From NCBI GenBank assembly GCA_046335555.1, contig JBKDHA010000169.1, positions 9,048 to 73,047 on the forward strand: a stretch of DNA of 64,000 nucleotides, read 5' to 3'. A program made the translations under genes and the position numbers. The first letter of the stretch is position 1. The number at the start of each line of letters is the position of its first letter. The notes under the pieces are model-generated. The model saw only the letters and a list, made by a program, of their open reading frames with translations. It was not told the origin of the DNA and ran no database searches. This document shows, piece by piece, positions 28,745 through 39,507 of the stretch. The DNA is from Bacteroidota bacterium. GTDB lineage: Bacteria > Bacteroidota > Bacteroidia > Palsa-965.

Positions 28745-29737
28745 TTAACTCTTACAGAACTCATTCTTTGCCTCTGCATATTCACTCATCATATTACTGA
28801 TGATAGTTTCGCAGGGTAATATATCGTGAATGAGTTCGGCCGATTTCCCTGCGCACCAGAGGCGTTTGTAGTTATTGGGCAGTACCGAATCTTCGAGCCG
28901 TTTCATGCCGCGCACATGCACAATTGTTTTAAACCACTTTTTGGTGCGCGGGTTATTACTCATAAATCGCTCGAACCAGTTTTGGTTATACCCCATGCTT
29001 TTTGCTTCGGGCGTGTCGATAATTGTGCAGGGAGTGCCGGAAAGTTTTTCTGTCATTACAATATCATCCATGCCGGCGTTTACAATGGCTTGCTTGTATT
29101 CGTCATTTACACCGGCTTCGGTGCAGGCGATAAAACGTGTGCCAACCGAAACAGCATCGGCACCGAGTGCCTGAACCGACAGGATACCGCGACCATCGGC
29201 TATACCACCGGCGGCTATGGTGATGATGTTTGGAAATTCTTTTTTTAGTGCCGGCACAAGTATTTGCAGCGGATGCGGTCCGGCATGTCCGCCAGCACCC
29301 TGACCAACGGCAATAAATCCGTCGCAGCCGAGTGAGGCACACTTGCGGGCATGTGTGAGGTTGGTAACATCGCAAAACACTTTTGCTCCGTAACCATGTG
29401 CGGCTTCTATTACTTCTTTCGGGCTGCCGAGCGAGGTAATATAAACCGGCACTTTGGCCGCCACGCAAATTGCAAGGTGCTTTTTATAGAGCGGGTTCGA
29501 TTGCTGTGTGATCAGATTTATAGCGTAGCTGCCGCCCGGGTGCGCTTCCTTATATGTATTGAGTTGTGCAAGTAAAGTTTCGAGTTCGCCCTCTTTGCGG
29601 TAATTGAGCGAAGGAAAAGCCGCCAAAACACCGCTGCGCATTCCGGCTTCGAGCATGGCACGGTTGCTTACCAGAAACATGGGCGCCATTATTATAGGGT
29701 GAGTTACCCCGGTCATTGCTGAGAATTTTCCGTTCAT
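28745..29737 (-). CDS. Nitronate monooxygenase / NAD(P)H-dependent flavin oxidoreductase (2-nitropropane dioxygenase family)
   Basis: FMN-binding TIM-barrel motifs (IIMAPM, GQGAGGHAG, AAGGIADGRG). Start moved to MNGKFS. Confidence 0.85.
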   Translation of the reverse strand: MNGKFSAMTGVTHPIIMAPMFLVSNRAMLEAGMRSGVLAAFPSLNYRKEGELETLLAQLNTYKEAHPGGSYAINLITQQSNPLYKKHLAICVAAKVPVYITSLGSPKEVIEAAHGYGAKVFCDVTNLTHARKCASLGCDGFIAVGQGAGGHAGPHPLQILVPALKKEFPNIITIAAGGIADGRGILSVQALGADAVSVGTRFIACTEAGVNDEYKQAIVNAGMDDIVMTEKLSGTPCTIIDTPEAKSMGYNQNWFERFMSNNPRTKKWFKTIVHVRGMKRLEDSVLPNNYKRLWCAGKSAELIHDILPCETIISNMMSEYAEAKNEFCKS

Positions 29738-29811
29738 GGGAATAAATTTAAGTAAACTTACGTTAATTTTATGCACGCATAATATTTTTTTGCTTATACT
29801 TGTTCTAACCA

Positions 29812-30273
29812 ATGACTAAAAAGCACACCGAAACCGTTGATTCGAAGCTCAAAACCACTTGGCAGGTAGTGAGCCGGATGTACAATGCCGAAGCGGCTTT
29901 GTACGATGCAACCATTGCTATGGCGCACTTTCTGCTGAATGTTGACAGCCACGATGGCTCTTACGCATCAGATATTGCTCCGCAGCTTGGAATGGAAAGC
30001 ACTTCGCTTTCGCGCATTATCCGTTCGCTCGAAGAAAAGGAGTTCATTGTTCGTAAAACCGACAAAGACGACCGCCGCCGCACATTAATAAAGCTCACCG
30101 AAAAAGGAAAGGCGCAAAAAGAACTGGCAAAAAACAGCGTGCGCCGCTTCAATAAAGAGCTTGAAGAGAAGCTGGGACAACGTAAAATGCAGGCGTTTCT
30201 CAAAACAATAGATGAAATAATGCAGCTCGCAGAAGAGCGCAACAGAATATTTAACACTAACAGAATTAAGTGA
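29812..30273 (+). CDS. MarR family transcriptional regulator
   Basis: Winged helix (STSLSRIIRSLEEKEFIVRKTDKDDRRRTLIKLTEKG). Translationally coupled to the downstream 3-hydroxyacyl-CoA dehydrogenase/enoyl-CoA hydratase gene. Confidence 0.85.
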   Translation: MTKKHTETVDSKLKTTWQVVSRMYNAEAALYDATIAMAHFLLNVDSHDGSYASDIAPQLGMESTSLSRIIRSLEEKEFIVRKTDKDDRRRTLIKLTEKGKAQKELAKNSVRRFNKELEEKLGQRKMQAFLKTIDEIMQLAEERNRIFNTNRIK

Positions 30274-32675
30274 TGAAGCGAAATATCCATAAAGTAGCCG
30301 TTCTCGGATCGGGCGTAATGGGATCGCGCATCGCCTGTCATTTCGCCAATATCGGGTGCGAAGTTCTTTTGCTCGATATTGTTCCGAAAGAGCCAAACGA
30401 TGCCGAAAAAGCAAAAGGTCTCACACGCGAAAGCAAACCGGTTCGTAACCGAATTGTTAATGATGCGCTGCAGTTTGCGCTGAAATCAAATCCTTCGCCG
30501 ATTTATCACAAGTCGTTTGCATCTCGCATTGCAACCGGAAATTTTGAAGACGATATGTCTAAAATTTCAGCTTGCGATTGGGTAATTGAAGTGGTGGTCG
30601 AAAATCTTGAAATCAAGAAATCGGTTTTTACGGAAGTAGAAAAACACCGGAAGCCGGGAACACTCATCACTTCCAATACATCAGGCATTCCGATTGGAAT
30701 GATGGCCGAAGGACGCAGCGAAGATTTTAAAGCCCATTTCTGCGGGACACACTTCTTCAACCCGCCGCGCTACCTGCGCCTGCTCGAAATTATTCCGACC
30801 AAATACACCAGTGCAGAAGTTGTAGATTTCCTGATGCACTACGGCGAACAGTTTCTCGGAAAAACAACTGTACTCTGCAAAGACACACCAGCTTTTATTG
30901 CCAACCGCGTTGGTGTATTTGGCATGATGGCTACGCTGCACATTGCGCAGCAAATGAAACTTACGGTTGAAGAAATCGATAAACTTACCGGCCCTGTACT
31001 TGGCCGCCCCAAATCAGCCACATTCCGCACGGCTGATGTAGTTGGCCTTGATACCTTGGTGATGGTGGCCAACGGACTCACACAAAACTGTCCGAACGAC
31101 GAAGCCCGTGAGCTTTTTGTGTTACCCGGCTTCCTGCAAAAAATGCTGGAGCAAAAATGGCTTGGCGATAAAACCGGACAAGGCTTTTACAAAAAAGTAA
31201 AAACCGGAGGCAAATCAGAAATTCAGGCGCTTGATCTTGAAACACTCGAATACAAGCCTTCGCAGAAAGTTAAATTTGCCACATTAGAACTCACCAAACC
31301 TATTGATAACCTCCGTGAGCGTATCAAAGTATTGGTGAGCGGAAAAGATAAAGCCGGTGAATTTTATCGTGCCACATTTGCCGGATTATTCCAATACGTC
31401 TCCAACCGAATTCCTGAAATTGCCGACGAACTTTACAAAATAGACGATGCCCTGAAAGCCGGATTCGGATGGGAATTGGGACCGTTTGAGTATTGGGATG
31501 CTATCGGCGTTCAGCAAGCAACTGAACTCATGAAAAATGCCGGTCATGCTCCTGCTGTTTGGATTGATGAAATGCTGGCTGCCGGACATTCTGCCTTTTA
31601 CAAAGTAGAAGATGGTGTACGTAAGTATTACGATATACCTTCTAAATCATACAAAACTATTCCGGGAACTGAAAATTTCATTTCGCTTGAAACCATTCGC
31701 GGAACGCGCACAGTTTGGAAAAACAGTGGTGTTACACTTACCGATCTTGGCGACGGAATTCTCAACGCCGAGTTTCATACCAAGATGAACACCATTGGCG
31801 GCGAAGTGCTTTCGGGACTCAACAAAGCTATTGATCTTGCAGAGAAAGAATACCGCGGACTTGTTATCAGCAACGAAGGTGCAAACTTCTCGGCCGGTGC
31901 AAATGTGGGTATGATTTTCATGCTTGCCGCAGAGCAGGAGTGGGATGAACTGAATATGGCTGTACGCATGTTTCAGAACACTACGATGCGTTTGCGCTAC
32001 TCATCTATTCCGGTTGTGGTTGCACCGCATAATCTTACACTCGGCGGTGGCTGCGAAATTTGTATGCATTCCGATGCCGTGGTTGCACATGCTGAAACAT
32101 ACATCGGACTTGTTGAGTTTGGCGTGGGCGTTATTCCGGGCGGCGGCGGTACAAAAGAGTTTGCCGTTCGTCTCAGCGATTCGCTGCGCGAAGGTGATGT
32201 TGAACTGAATGCATTCCGCGACAGGTTCCTTACTATTGGTCAGGCCAAAGTAGCTACTTCTGCTTACGAAGCATTTGATCTCGGTATCTTCCGCAAAGGC
32301 ATCGACCGCGTTGTAGTTTCGCGCAGTCGTCAGCTTACCGAAGCCAAAGCCGAATGTTTGCGTCTGGCCGATGAAGGCTACACCATGCCCGCCCGCCGCA
32401 AAGATATTCGCGTACTTGGTCAGCAGGCGCTGGGCATTGTTTACGTAGGTGCAAACTCCATGCGCAGCGGCAACTATATCAGCGATCACGATCAGAAAAT
32501 TTCGGAGCGGCTTGGGTATGTGCTGGCCGGCGGAAATCTCTCGCAACCCACATTGGTTTCGGAACAATATCTCCTCGATCTGGAACGCGAAACATTTGTA
32601 AAACTGTGTACCGAACGCAAAACACTTGAGCGGTTGCACAGCATTGTTAACGGCGGCAAAGTGCTCCGCAATTAA
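30270..32675 (+). CDS. 3-hydroxyacyl-CoA dehydrogenase / enoyl-CoA hydratase bifunctional protein (FadB-like)
   Basis: N-terminal NAD-binding motif (VAVLGSGVMGSRIA), followed by a 3HCDH C-terminal domain and a C-terminal crotonase-fold domain. 801 aa. Confidence 0.9.
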   Translation: MMKRNIHKVAVLGSGVMGSRIACHFANIGCEVLLLDIVPKEPNDAEKAKGLTRESKPVRNRIVNDALQFALKSNPSPIYHKSFASRIATGNFEDDMSKISACDWVIEVVVENLEIKKSVFTEVEKHRKPGTLITSNTSGIPIGMMAEGRSEDFKAHFCGTHFFNPPRYLRLLEIIPTKYTSAEVVDFLMHYGEQFLGKTTVLCKDTPAFIANRVGVFGMMATLHIAQQMKLTVEEIDKLTGPVLGRPKSATFRTADVVGLDTLVMVANGLTQNCPNDEARELFVLPGFLQKMLEQKWLGDKTGQGFYKKVKTGGKSEIQALDLETLEYKPSQKVKFATLELTKPIDNLRERIKVLVSGKDKAGEFYRATFAGLFQYVSNRIPEIADELYKIDDALKAGFGWELGPFEYWDAIGVQQATELMKNAGHAPAVWIDEMLAAGHSAFYKVEDGVRKYYDIPSKSYKTIPGTENFISLETIRGTRTVWKNSGVTLTDLGDGILNAEFHTKMNTIGGEVLSGLNKAIDLAEKEYRGLVISNEGANFSAGANVGMIFMLAAEQEWDELNMAVRMFQNTTMRLRYSSIPVVVAPHNLTLGGGCEICMHSDAVVAHAETYIGLVEFGVGVIPGGGGTKEFAVRLSDSLREGDVELNAFRDRFLTIGQAKVATSAYEAFDLGIFRKGIDRVVVSRSRQLTEAKAECLRLADEGYTMPARRKDIRVLGQQALGIVYVGANSMRSGNYISDHDQKISERLGYVLAGGNLSQPTLVSEQYLLDLERETFVKLCTERKTLERLHSIVNGGKVLRN

Positions 32676-32696
32676 TTTATTAAACACGACGAAACG

Positions 32697-33872
32697 ATGA
32701 ATGCATATATAGTTGCCGGGTTCAGAACTGCAGTGGGCAAAGCTCCGCGAGGCATGTTCCGTTTTTATCGTCCTGATGATCTTGCTGCCGATGTGATCCG
32801 CCATCTGGTTGGATCAATTCCGGGCTTTGATAATAACCTGATTGAAGATGTAATTGTGGGTAATGCCATGCCCGAAGCCGAACACGGTTTAAATGTTGGC
32901 CGCCTGATCTCGCTGCTGGCATTAGATACCGATAAAGTTCCGGGGCAAACCGTAAACCGTTATTGCGCATCCGGCCTTGAAACAATTGCTATTGCCAGTG
33001 CAAAAATTCATGCCGGAATGGCCGACTGTATTATTGCAGGTGGTGTTGAAAGCATGAGTTTGATTCCGATGGGCGGCTGGCGTGTAATTCCGAATCCGCA
33101 AATTGCACAGCAGCATGCCGACTGGTATTGGGGCATGGGATTAACTGCTGAAGCTGTTGCGAAAGAATATAATGTTTCGCGCGAGGATCAGGATGCGTTT
33201 GCGTTTAACTCCCATAAAAAAGCAATTGCGGCAATTTCATCCGGTAAGTTTAAAGATGAAATTGTGCCGATAAAAATTACAGAAACCTTCCTCGGTGAAA
33301 ACGAGAAGCGCCAAACGCGCGAGTTTATTGTTGACACAGACGAAGGTCCGCGTGCCGATACCTCACTTGAAGCATTGGCAAAACTCAAACCCGTGTTTGC
33401 CGCCGACGGAACTGTTACAGCCGGAAACTCATCGCAAACCAGCGACGGCGCTGCATTTGTAATGGTGGTTAGCGAACGTTTTCTGAAACAACACAACCTG
33501 AAGCCAATTGCCCGCATGGTCTCTCATGCGCTGGCTGGTGTGCCTCCGCGCATCATGGGAATTGGTCCGCTGTATGCAATTCCGAAAGCATTGGAAAAAG
33601 CCGGGCTGAAAGCTTCTGACATTGATTTGTTTGAGCTGAATGAGGCTTTTGCATCGCAATCGTTGGCCGTAATTCGCGGTCTTGAACTCGATCCTTCGCG
33701 AATTAACGTAAACGGAGGTGCAGTAGCACTCGGGCATCCGCTAGGATGCAGCGGTGCTAAACTTTCGGTTCAGCTTTTTAACGAGTTGCGCCGGCAGAAT
33801 AAAAAATACGGAGTCGTAACTATGTGCGTGGGCACCGGTCAAGGTGCTGCGGGTGTATTTGAACTTCTCTGA
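32697..33872 (+). CDS. Acetyl-CoA C-acyltransferase (3-ketoacyl-CoA thiolase)
   Basis: Thiolase active-site Cys (NRYCASGL) and C-terminal motifs (NVNGGAVALGHPLGCSGA). Confidence 0.9.
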   Translation: MNAYIVAGFRTAVGKAPRGMFRFYRPDDLAADVIRHLVGSIPGFDNNLIEDVIVGNAMPEAEHGLNVGRLISLLALDTDKVPGQTVNRYCASGLETIAIASAKIHAGMADCIIAGGVESMSLIPMGGWRVIPNPQIAQQHADWYWGMGLTAEAVAKEYNVSREDQDAFAFNSHKKAIAAISSGKFKDEIVPIKITETFLGENEKRQTREFIVDTDEGPRADTSLEALAKLKPVFAADGTVTAGNSSQTSDGAAFVMVVSERFLKQHNLKPIARMVSHALAGVPPRIMGIGPLYAIPKALEKAGLKASDIDLFELNEAFASQSLAVIRGLELDPSRINVNGGAVALGHPLGCSGAKLSVQLFNELRRQNKKYGVVTMCVGTGQGAAGVFELL

Positions 33873-33906
33873 AATTAATTTATTGATAACCGAAATTAGT
33901 ATTGTT

Positions 33907-35688
33907 ATGGCAACCAACACAACCAAAGGCGGAGAGTTTCTTATCAAAGAAACAGCTGCACAAGATATTTTCATTCCCGAACAATGGAATGAAGAACAAC
34001 TGATGATGAAAAAAACCTGTGAGGATTTCATCAGTCAGGAAGTAACACCGTATCTCAATCAGATCGACAATCAGGAAGAAGGTCTTGTGCCTTCAATTCT
34101 TGATAAAGCCGGCGAGCTTGGTATTCTGGGCATTTCTGTTCCCGAAGAATACGGCGGAATGGGGGCAGATTTTGTGACTTCAATGCTCACAACAGAAGTT
34201 ATCGGTACCGGGCATTCGATAGCCGTTTCAATTGCTGCGCATACAGGCATCGGCATTCTTCCTGTATTGTATTATGGCAATGAAGAGCAGAAGAAAAAGT
34301 ATGTTCCGAAAATGGCTTCGGGCGAGTGGAAGGCTTGCTATTGCCTCACTGAGCCGGGAAGCGGTTCGGATGCCAACAGCGGAAAAACATCTGCAAAACT
34401 TTCGGCCGACGGGAAGCATTATATCCTGAATGGTCAGAAGATGTGGATCACCAATGGTGGTTTTGCGGAGATTTTTACTGTGTTTGCAAAGATTGATGAT
34501 GATGAAAATCTTTCGGCGTTCATCGTGGAAAAATCTTTCGGCGGAATTACATTGAATCCTGAAGAACACAAAATGGGTATCAAGGGAAGTTCGACCCGTC
34601 AGGTGTTTTTTAACGATTGCATGGTTCCGGTTGAGAACCTTCTTTCAGAGCGCGGCAATGGTTTTAAGATTGCTGTAAATATCCTGAACATCGGTCGTAT
34701 TAAGCTTGCCGGTGCATCGCTTGGCGGTTGTAAAGCTGTTGTTACACATGGTGTGCAATATGCCAACGAACGTCAGCAGTTTGGCCGCCCGATTTCTAAA
34801 TACGGTGCAATACGTTTCAAACTGGCAGAGCAAGCTATCCGTACATTTGCCTCTGAAAGTGCAACGTATCGTGCTTCGCAAAATATGGAAGATGCAATTG
34901 CAGCACTCAAGGCTTCGGGCATGGATGATGCAAAAGCAAAACTGAAAGGCATTGAGCAGTTTGCTGTTGAAGCGGCGCTGCTGAAAGTACATGCTTCGGA
35001 AGTGCTCGACTATGTAGTGGATGAAGGTGTGCAGATATACGGCGGCATGGGCTACAGTGCCGAAGCACCGATGGATCGTGCTTACCGCGATTCACGCATC
35101 AATCGAATTTTTGAAGGGACAAATGAAATCAATCGCCTGCTGATTGTGGATATGCTGCTCAAGCGCGCTATGAAAGGAGAGCTTGATTTGATGGGCCCAG
35201 CGCAAAAAGTTGCCGCCGAGTTAATGAGCATTCCTGATTTCAGTGAGCCTGATGAAACCTTGTTTGCTGCTGAAAAAGCAATGATTGCCAATTTCAAGAA
35301 GGCGGTGCTTATGGTTGCCGGTGCAGCTGTGCAAAAGCTGATGATGAACTTGAGCAAGGAGCAGGAAATTCTCATGAACATTGCTGATATGGGCATTGAA
35401 ACGTATGTGGCTGAATCTACAATGCTGCGCGTTGAAAAGTTGGTAAGCATGCGCGGCGAAGCTGCCTGTGCCGAGCATTTGGCTATGATGCGTGTTTACA
35501 TCAGCCGCGCTGCCGATGTTATTTCACTGGCCGGACGTGATGCACTCAACAGTTTTGCCGAAGGTGATGAACTGCGCATGATGCTTATGGGACTGCGCCG
35601 TTTTACAAAGCAGCAGCCGTTCAACGTGAAAGAAGCACGACAGCTTGTAGCTCAAAAAATTATTGCTGAAAACCGTTACTGCTTCTAA
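33907..35688 (+). CDS. Acyl-CoA dehydrogenase (long type with C-terminal extension)
   Basis: ACAD N/M/C domains (CYCLTEPGSGSD; YGGMGY). Start moved to MATNTTKGG. Confidence 0.9.
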   Translation: MATNTTKGGEFLIKETAAQDIFIPEQWNEEQLMMKKTCEDFISQEVTPYLNQIDNQEEGLVPSILDKAGELGILGISVPEEYGGMGADFVTSMLTTEVIGTGHSIAVSIAAHTGIGILPVLYYGNEEQKKKYVPKMASGEWKACYCLTEPGSGSDANSGKTSAKLSADGKHYILNGQKMWITNGGFAEIFTVFAKIDDDENLSAFIVEKSFGGITLNPEEHKMGIKGSSTRQVFFNDCMVPVENLLSERGNGFKIAVNILNIGRIKLAGASLGGCKAVVTHGVQYANERQQFGRPISKYGAIRFKLAEQAIRTFASESATYRASQNMEDAIAALKASGMDDAKAKLKGIEQFAVEAALLKVHASEVLDYVVDEGVQIYGGMGYSAEAPMDRAYRDSRINRIFEGTNEINRLLIVDMLLKRAMKGELDLMGPAQKVAAELMSIPDFSEPDETLFAAEKAMIANFKKAVLMVAGAAVQKLMMNLSKEQEILMNIADMGIETYVAESTMLRVEKLVSMRGEAACAEHLAMMRVYISRAADVISLAGRDALNSFAEGDELRMMLMGLRRFTKQQPFNVKEARQLVAQKIIAENRYCF

Positions 35689-35691
35689 GTT

Positions 35692-36135
35692 ATGGAGCCG
35701 AACAATGTGTTTTTTGAAACGAAAATTCTCTGGTCGCAGATTGATTCGAACCAGCACCTGAGGCATTCTGCTTATGCCGACCTCGGTGCACAGGCGCGTA
35801 TCGAAATTTTGAATGCGTCGGGAATTACTGCCGATGTTTTCAAGAAACATCATATTGGTCCGATTTTATTTCGCGAAGAATTAATTTACTTCCGTGAAAT
35901 ACATGCCGACGATTCGGTGAAAGTAACCTGCGAACTTGTGCGCTGTCGCCCCGACGGATCGCGCTGGTCATTCCGGCAGGAAATATACCGAAGCGATGGA
36001 GTGAAAGCAGCGCAGATCAATACCGACGGAGCCTGGTTAGATACAAAGCAGCGAAAACTTGCTCCGCCGCCGGCTGAAATTGCATCGGGTTTCGGATCAA
36101 TACCACGCAGTCAAGATTTTACAGATCAGATTTGA
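35692..36135 (+). CDS. Acyl-CoA thioesterase (hotdog fold, YbgC/4HBT-like)
   Basis: 147-aa hotdog pattern (DSNQHLRHSAY). Lies in the beta-oxidation operon. Confidence 0.7.
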   Translation: MEPNNVFFETKILWSQIDSNQHLRHSAYADLGAQARIEILNASGITADVFKKHHIGPILFREELIYFREIHADDSVKVTCELVRCRPDGSRWSFRQEIYRSDGVKAAQINTDGAWLDTKQRKLAPPPAEIASGFGSIPRSQDFTDQI

Positions 36136-36136
36136 T

Positions 36137-36649
36137 ATGAATACACAAACAATTCTCCGCAAAGCCCAGTCATCGGATTTTTACCGGTATATTTTGAATT
36201 TGGCGTTGTGGAGAGTTGTTCCGTTTAACAAACCACATCGTTTGCGCATCACAGCAATAACAGATGATGAGGTGCAGATTGAATTGCCTTATATCCGAAA
36301 AAACCTGAATCATGTTGGCGGAATACATGCGTGTGCGCTTGCAACACTTTGCGAATATGCAAGTGGTCTTTGTTTGCTGAAGCATCTCCCGCCGACAGAG
36401 TATCGTATTGTGATGAAAGGACTGAACATGACTTATCATTATCAGGCCAAAACAACAGTACGGGTTAAGTTTCGTGTTACAAAAGAGGAATTGAATTACG
36501 ATATATTGATACCGCTTCGTGATACGGAGTCTGTTTTCAAAGACTATCAGGTTGATGTTTTTGATGAAACAGAAAATCATATTTGTACAGGAATAATCAA
36601 CTGGCAAATTAAACCGTGGAGCAAAGTGCGGACAAAGGTTAAACAATAG
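36137..36649 (+). CDS. PaaI/DUF4442-like hotdog-fold thioesterase
   Basis: HVGGIHACALATL motif typical of PaaI-type thioesterases. Start moved to MNTQTIL. Confidence 0.6.
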   Translation: MNTQTILRKAQSSDFYRYILNLALWRVVPFNKPHRLRITAITDDEVQIELPYIRKNLNHVGGIHACALATLCEYASGLCLLKHLPPTEYRIVMKGLNMTYHYQAKTTVRVKFRVTKEELNYDILIPLRDTESVFKDYQVDVFDETENHICTGIINWQIKPWSKVRTKVKQ

Positions 36650-36748
36650 TGAAAATTAAATTATCAAATTTCGTTATTGTTTAAAAGATTCAATATATTG
36701 TACTGGAAATAGAATCCTCCTAAAACACATACTTAAAACGCAGATTCA

Positions 36749-37975
36749 ATGAAAAAACAATTCAGAGCATTAGCGCTTCTGATGAGTGTTGGTTTTCCTG
36801 CTCTTGTTTCAGCACAAGGCTTTCAGGTTAACCTACAAGGTCAAAAGCAACAAGGAATGGGTAGTGCCGGAACGGCTTTGCCGCAGGATGCTGCCGCTGT
36901 TTTCTTTAATCCGGGAAGTGTTTCTTTTCTGGAAAAGAACAGTATTACTGCTGGTGCAAACGGTACCATCAGCAATACCATATTTCAGGATGCAAATACA
37001 TTTGCGCAGTACCGTACCAACTCTCCGGTAAGTACTCCGTTTGCTGCGTATGCTGTTTACGGAATGGCTGAAAGCAAACTCAAGTTTGGACTGGGTGTGT
37101 ACACACCTTTTGGCAGTACCGTAAAATGGGAAGATAACTGGACAGGCCGTTTTGCAATTACTCAGCTTCAGTTGCAGACAATATTTATTCAGCCTACAGT
37201 AAGCTACAAAATCACGGATAAAATTGGTTTTGGAGCTGGCTTTATTTATGCACCCGGCAAAGTAAATCTTCAGCGTGATCTTCCGATTTTCGACGGAACA
37301 AACTATGCTCACGCTGAACTCGATGGCAAAGCAACCGGCTACGGATTCAATGCCGGCTTATATTTTGCAGCAACAGAAAAACTTTCATTCGGTTTAACGT
37401 ATCGTTCAAAAGTGAATATGAAAGTTACCGATGGAACAGCAACGTTTACAGTGCCAACAGCGCTTGATCCTAATTTCCCGGATGGCAATTTTACAGCTTC
37501 ATTAGCATTGCCGCAGATCATTACATTAGGTATTGGCTTCAAAGCATCTGACAATCTTCAGTTAGCTTTTGATTTCAACTTTGGTGATTGGAGCGGTTAT
37601 GATACACTGGCTTTTGATTACGAAACAAACACATCATCGCTCGAAGACACAAAATCGCCGCGCATGTATGAAAACTCGTATGCTTTCCGTTTGGGCGCGC
37701 AGTACAAACTCATGAGCGAGCTTGATTTGCGCGCAGGTGTTGGTTATTCAATTTCGCCAATTCAGGATGGTTATGTTACACCCGAAAGCCCTGATGCGAA
37801 TCGTCTGAATCTCACAGCCGGCTTGGGTTATCGCATCGGCGAACATTTTGCAGTTGATGCGTCTTACACATTCGCGCAGCTTAAACGTACCGATAAAAAT
37901 TTAGAGACCAATCTCGACGGTACCTTCAAAACGTATGTTTCAATTCCGGGTCTCTCACTTTCTTATCACTTCTAA
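36749..37975 (+). CDS. Outer-membrane transport protein of the OMPP1/FadL/TodX family (long-chain fatty-acid transporter)
   Basis: Signal peptide. N-terminal FQVNLQGQKQQGMGSAGTA hatch region. C-terminal aromatic residue. 408 aa. Confidence 0.75.
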   Translation: MKKQFRALALLMSVGFPALVSAQGFQVNLQGQKQQGMGSAGTALPQDAAAVFFNPGSVSFLEKNSITAGANGTISNTIFQDANTFAQYRTNSPVSTPFAAYAVYGMAESKLKFGLGVYTPFGSTVKWEDNWTGRFAITQLQLQTIFIQPTVSYKITDKIGFGAGFIYAPGKVNLQRDLPIFDGTNYAHAELDGKATGYGFNAGLYFAATEKLSFGLTYRSKVNMKVTDGTATFTVPTALDPNFPDGNFTASLALPQIITLGIGFKASDNLQLAFDFNFGDWSGYDTLAFDYETNTSSLEDTKSPRMYENSYAFRLGAQYKLMSELDLRAGVGYSISPIQDGYVTPESPDANRLNLTAGLGYRIGEHFAVDASYTFAQLKRTDKNLETNLDGTFKTYVSIPGLSLSYHF

Positions 37976-39336
37976 TGCAAACCAACATGAAACAGTTAAG
38001 AAATCTTTCAATTCTGATGGTGAGCAGTGCATTGCTGATGCAGTCGTGCAAACCTGAAATTGATGCAGTAACTCCCGATAAAGGGAGCATGAATCCAACC
38101 AAGTTTGTAGCTATCGGCAATTCAATTACAGCTGGTTATGCCGACAATGCGTTGTATTATGAAGGACAAAAATCATCGTATGCAAACTTGCTTGCCGAGC
38201 AATTGAAAACCGTTGGCGGCGGCGAATTTAAAATGCCTTTTGTACCCGAAAGCTCTGTAGGTATTGGCTCAGCGCTAAATTCCCGCCTCGTACTTGGTTA
38301 TGATACCGACTGCCGCAACGTTACCGGTTTGGCACCTGTGCCGCTGGCTGCTTCAGGCGATATCAGCATTTTCCTGACCAGCGTTGCGGGTTCAGGTCCG
38401 TTCAATTGCATTGGTGTTCCGGGTGCTAAAGCGGTGAACGTTGTTTTTCCCGGCTACGGCAATCCAGCCAACGGTCCCGGACTTTACAATCCTTACTTTA
38501 CCCGTATGACCACAAATCCGGCTACAGCATCAATGCTTTCGGATGCAGCAGCACAGAATCCTACATTCTTCTCGCTGTTCATTGGCAATAATGATGTGCT
38601 GGGTTATGCGCTTTCAGGCGGAACATCGGGTGCGGTAACACCTTCGGCCGGCCCTGCAGGTATTGGCTTTGATGCCAGTATTGATGCCATAGTAACAACA
38701 ATGACAGCAGGCGGAGCAAAAGGTGTAATCGGCAATGTGCCCGACATTACCTCAATTCCGTATTTCACTACTGTTCCCTGGAATGGTCTGACGCTGGATG
38801 CTACATCAGCAGCACAGCTAACTGCGGCTTATGCGCCACTTGGTATTTCATTTGCCGCAGGAGCAAACGGTTTCATTATTGAAGATGCGGCTGCACCGGG
38901 CGGAAAACGCCAGATTCAGCAAGGCGAACTCGTATTACTTACTGTGCCGCAAGACTCAATCAAATGTGCCGGCTGGGGTTCTATGAAAGCAATTCCTGAT
39001 GCGTATGTGTTGGATGCAGGAGAAGTTGCTACCATCAACACAGCCGTTGCCGCCTATAATGTAAAACTCAGAAACGTAGCTGACGCCAATGGTCTTGCCT
39101 ATGTTGATGTAAATGCTTTCCTTGCCAATGCCCGCACAGGCATTGCCTACAACGGAATTGATGTAACCACAGTATTTGTTTCAGGCGGAGGCTTCTCGCT
39201 CGATGGTGTGCATCTTACACCGCTCGGAAATGCAATGCTCTGCAACGAATTTATTAAAGCCATTAACCTGAAATACAGTGCAACAATTCCGCAGGTTGAT
39301 GCTACAAAATACAAAGGCGTAGTTTTCCCGAACTAA
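37975..39336 (+). CDS. SGNH/GDSL hydrolase family lipoprotein (lipase/esterase)
   Basis: Lipobox (LLMQSCK). SGNH block I (AIGNSITAGY). C-terminal DGVH catalytic block. Confidence 0.75.
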   Translation: MQTNMKQLRNLSILMVSSALLMQSCKPEIDAVTPDKGSMNPTKFVAIGNSITAGYADNALYYEGQKSSYANLLAEQLKTVGGGEFKMPFVPESSVGIGSALNSRLVLGYDTDCRNVTGLAPVPLAASGDISIFLTSVAGSGPFNCIGVPGAKAVNVVFPGYGNPANGPGLYNPYFTRMTTNPATASMLSDAAAQNPTFFSLFIGNNDVLGYALSGGTSGAVTPSAGPAGIGFDASIDAIVTTMTAGGAKGVIGNVPDITSIPYFTTVPWNGLTLDATSAAQLTAAYAPLGISFAAGANGFIIEDAAAPGGKRQIQQGELVLLTVPQDSIKCAGWGSMKAIPDAYVLDAGEVATINTAVAAYNVKLRNVADANGLAYVDVNAFLANARTGIAYNGIDVTTVFVSGGGFSLDGVHLTPLGNAMLCNEFIKAINLKYSATIPQVDATKYKGVVFPN

Positions 39337-39507
39337 AGCCTGATTGAATTTGCAGCGCGGCTGTCTGTTCTGAAAATCCGGAACAGGCAGCCGTGTTGTT
39401 TTATGGCTTATGCAATACTGTGCAGCCATACGCCGTTAACGGTTTTAATGTTACTCTGCAGCGATTTGACTGCTGTAATGTATCTTTAGGCGATAAAAAA
39501 AAGCATC

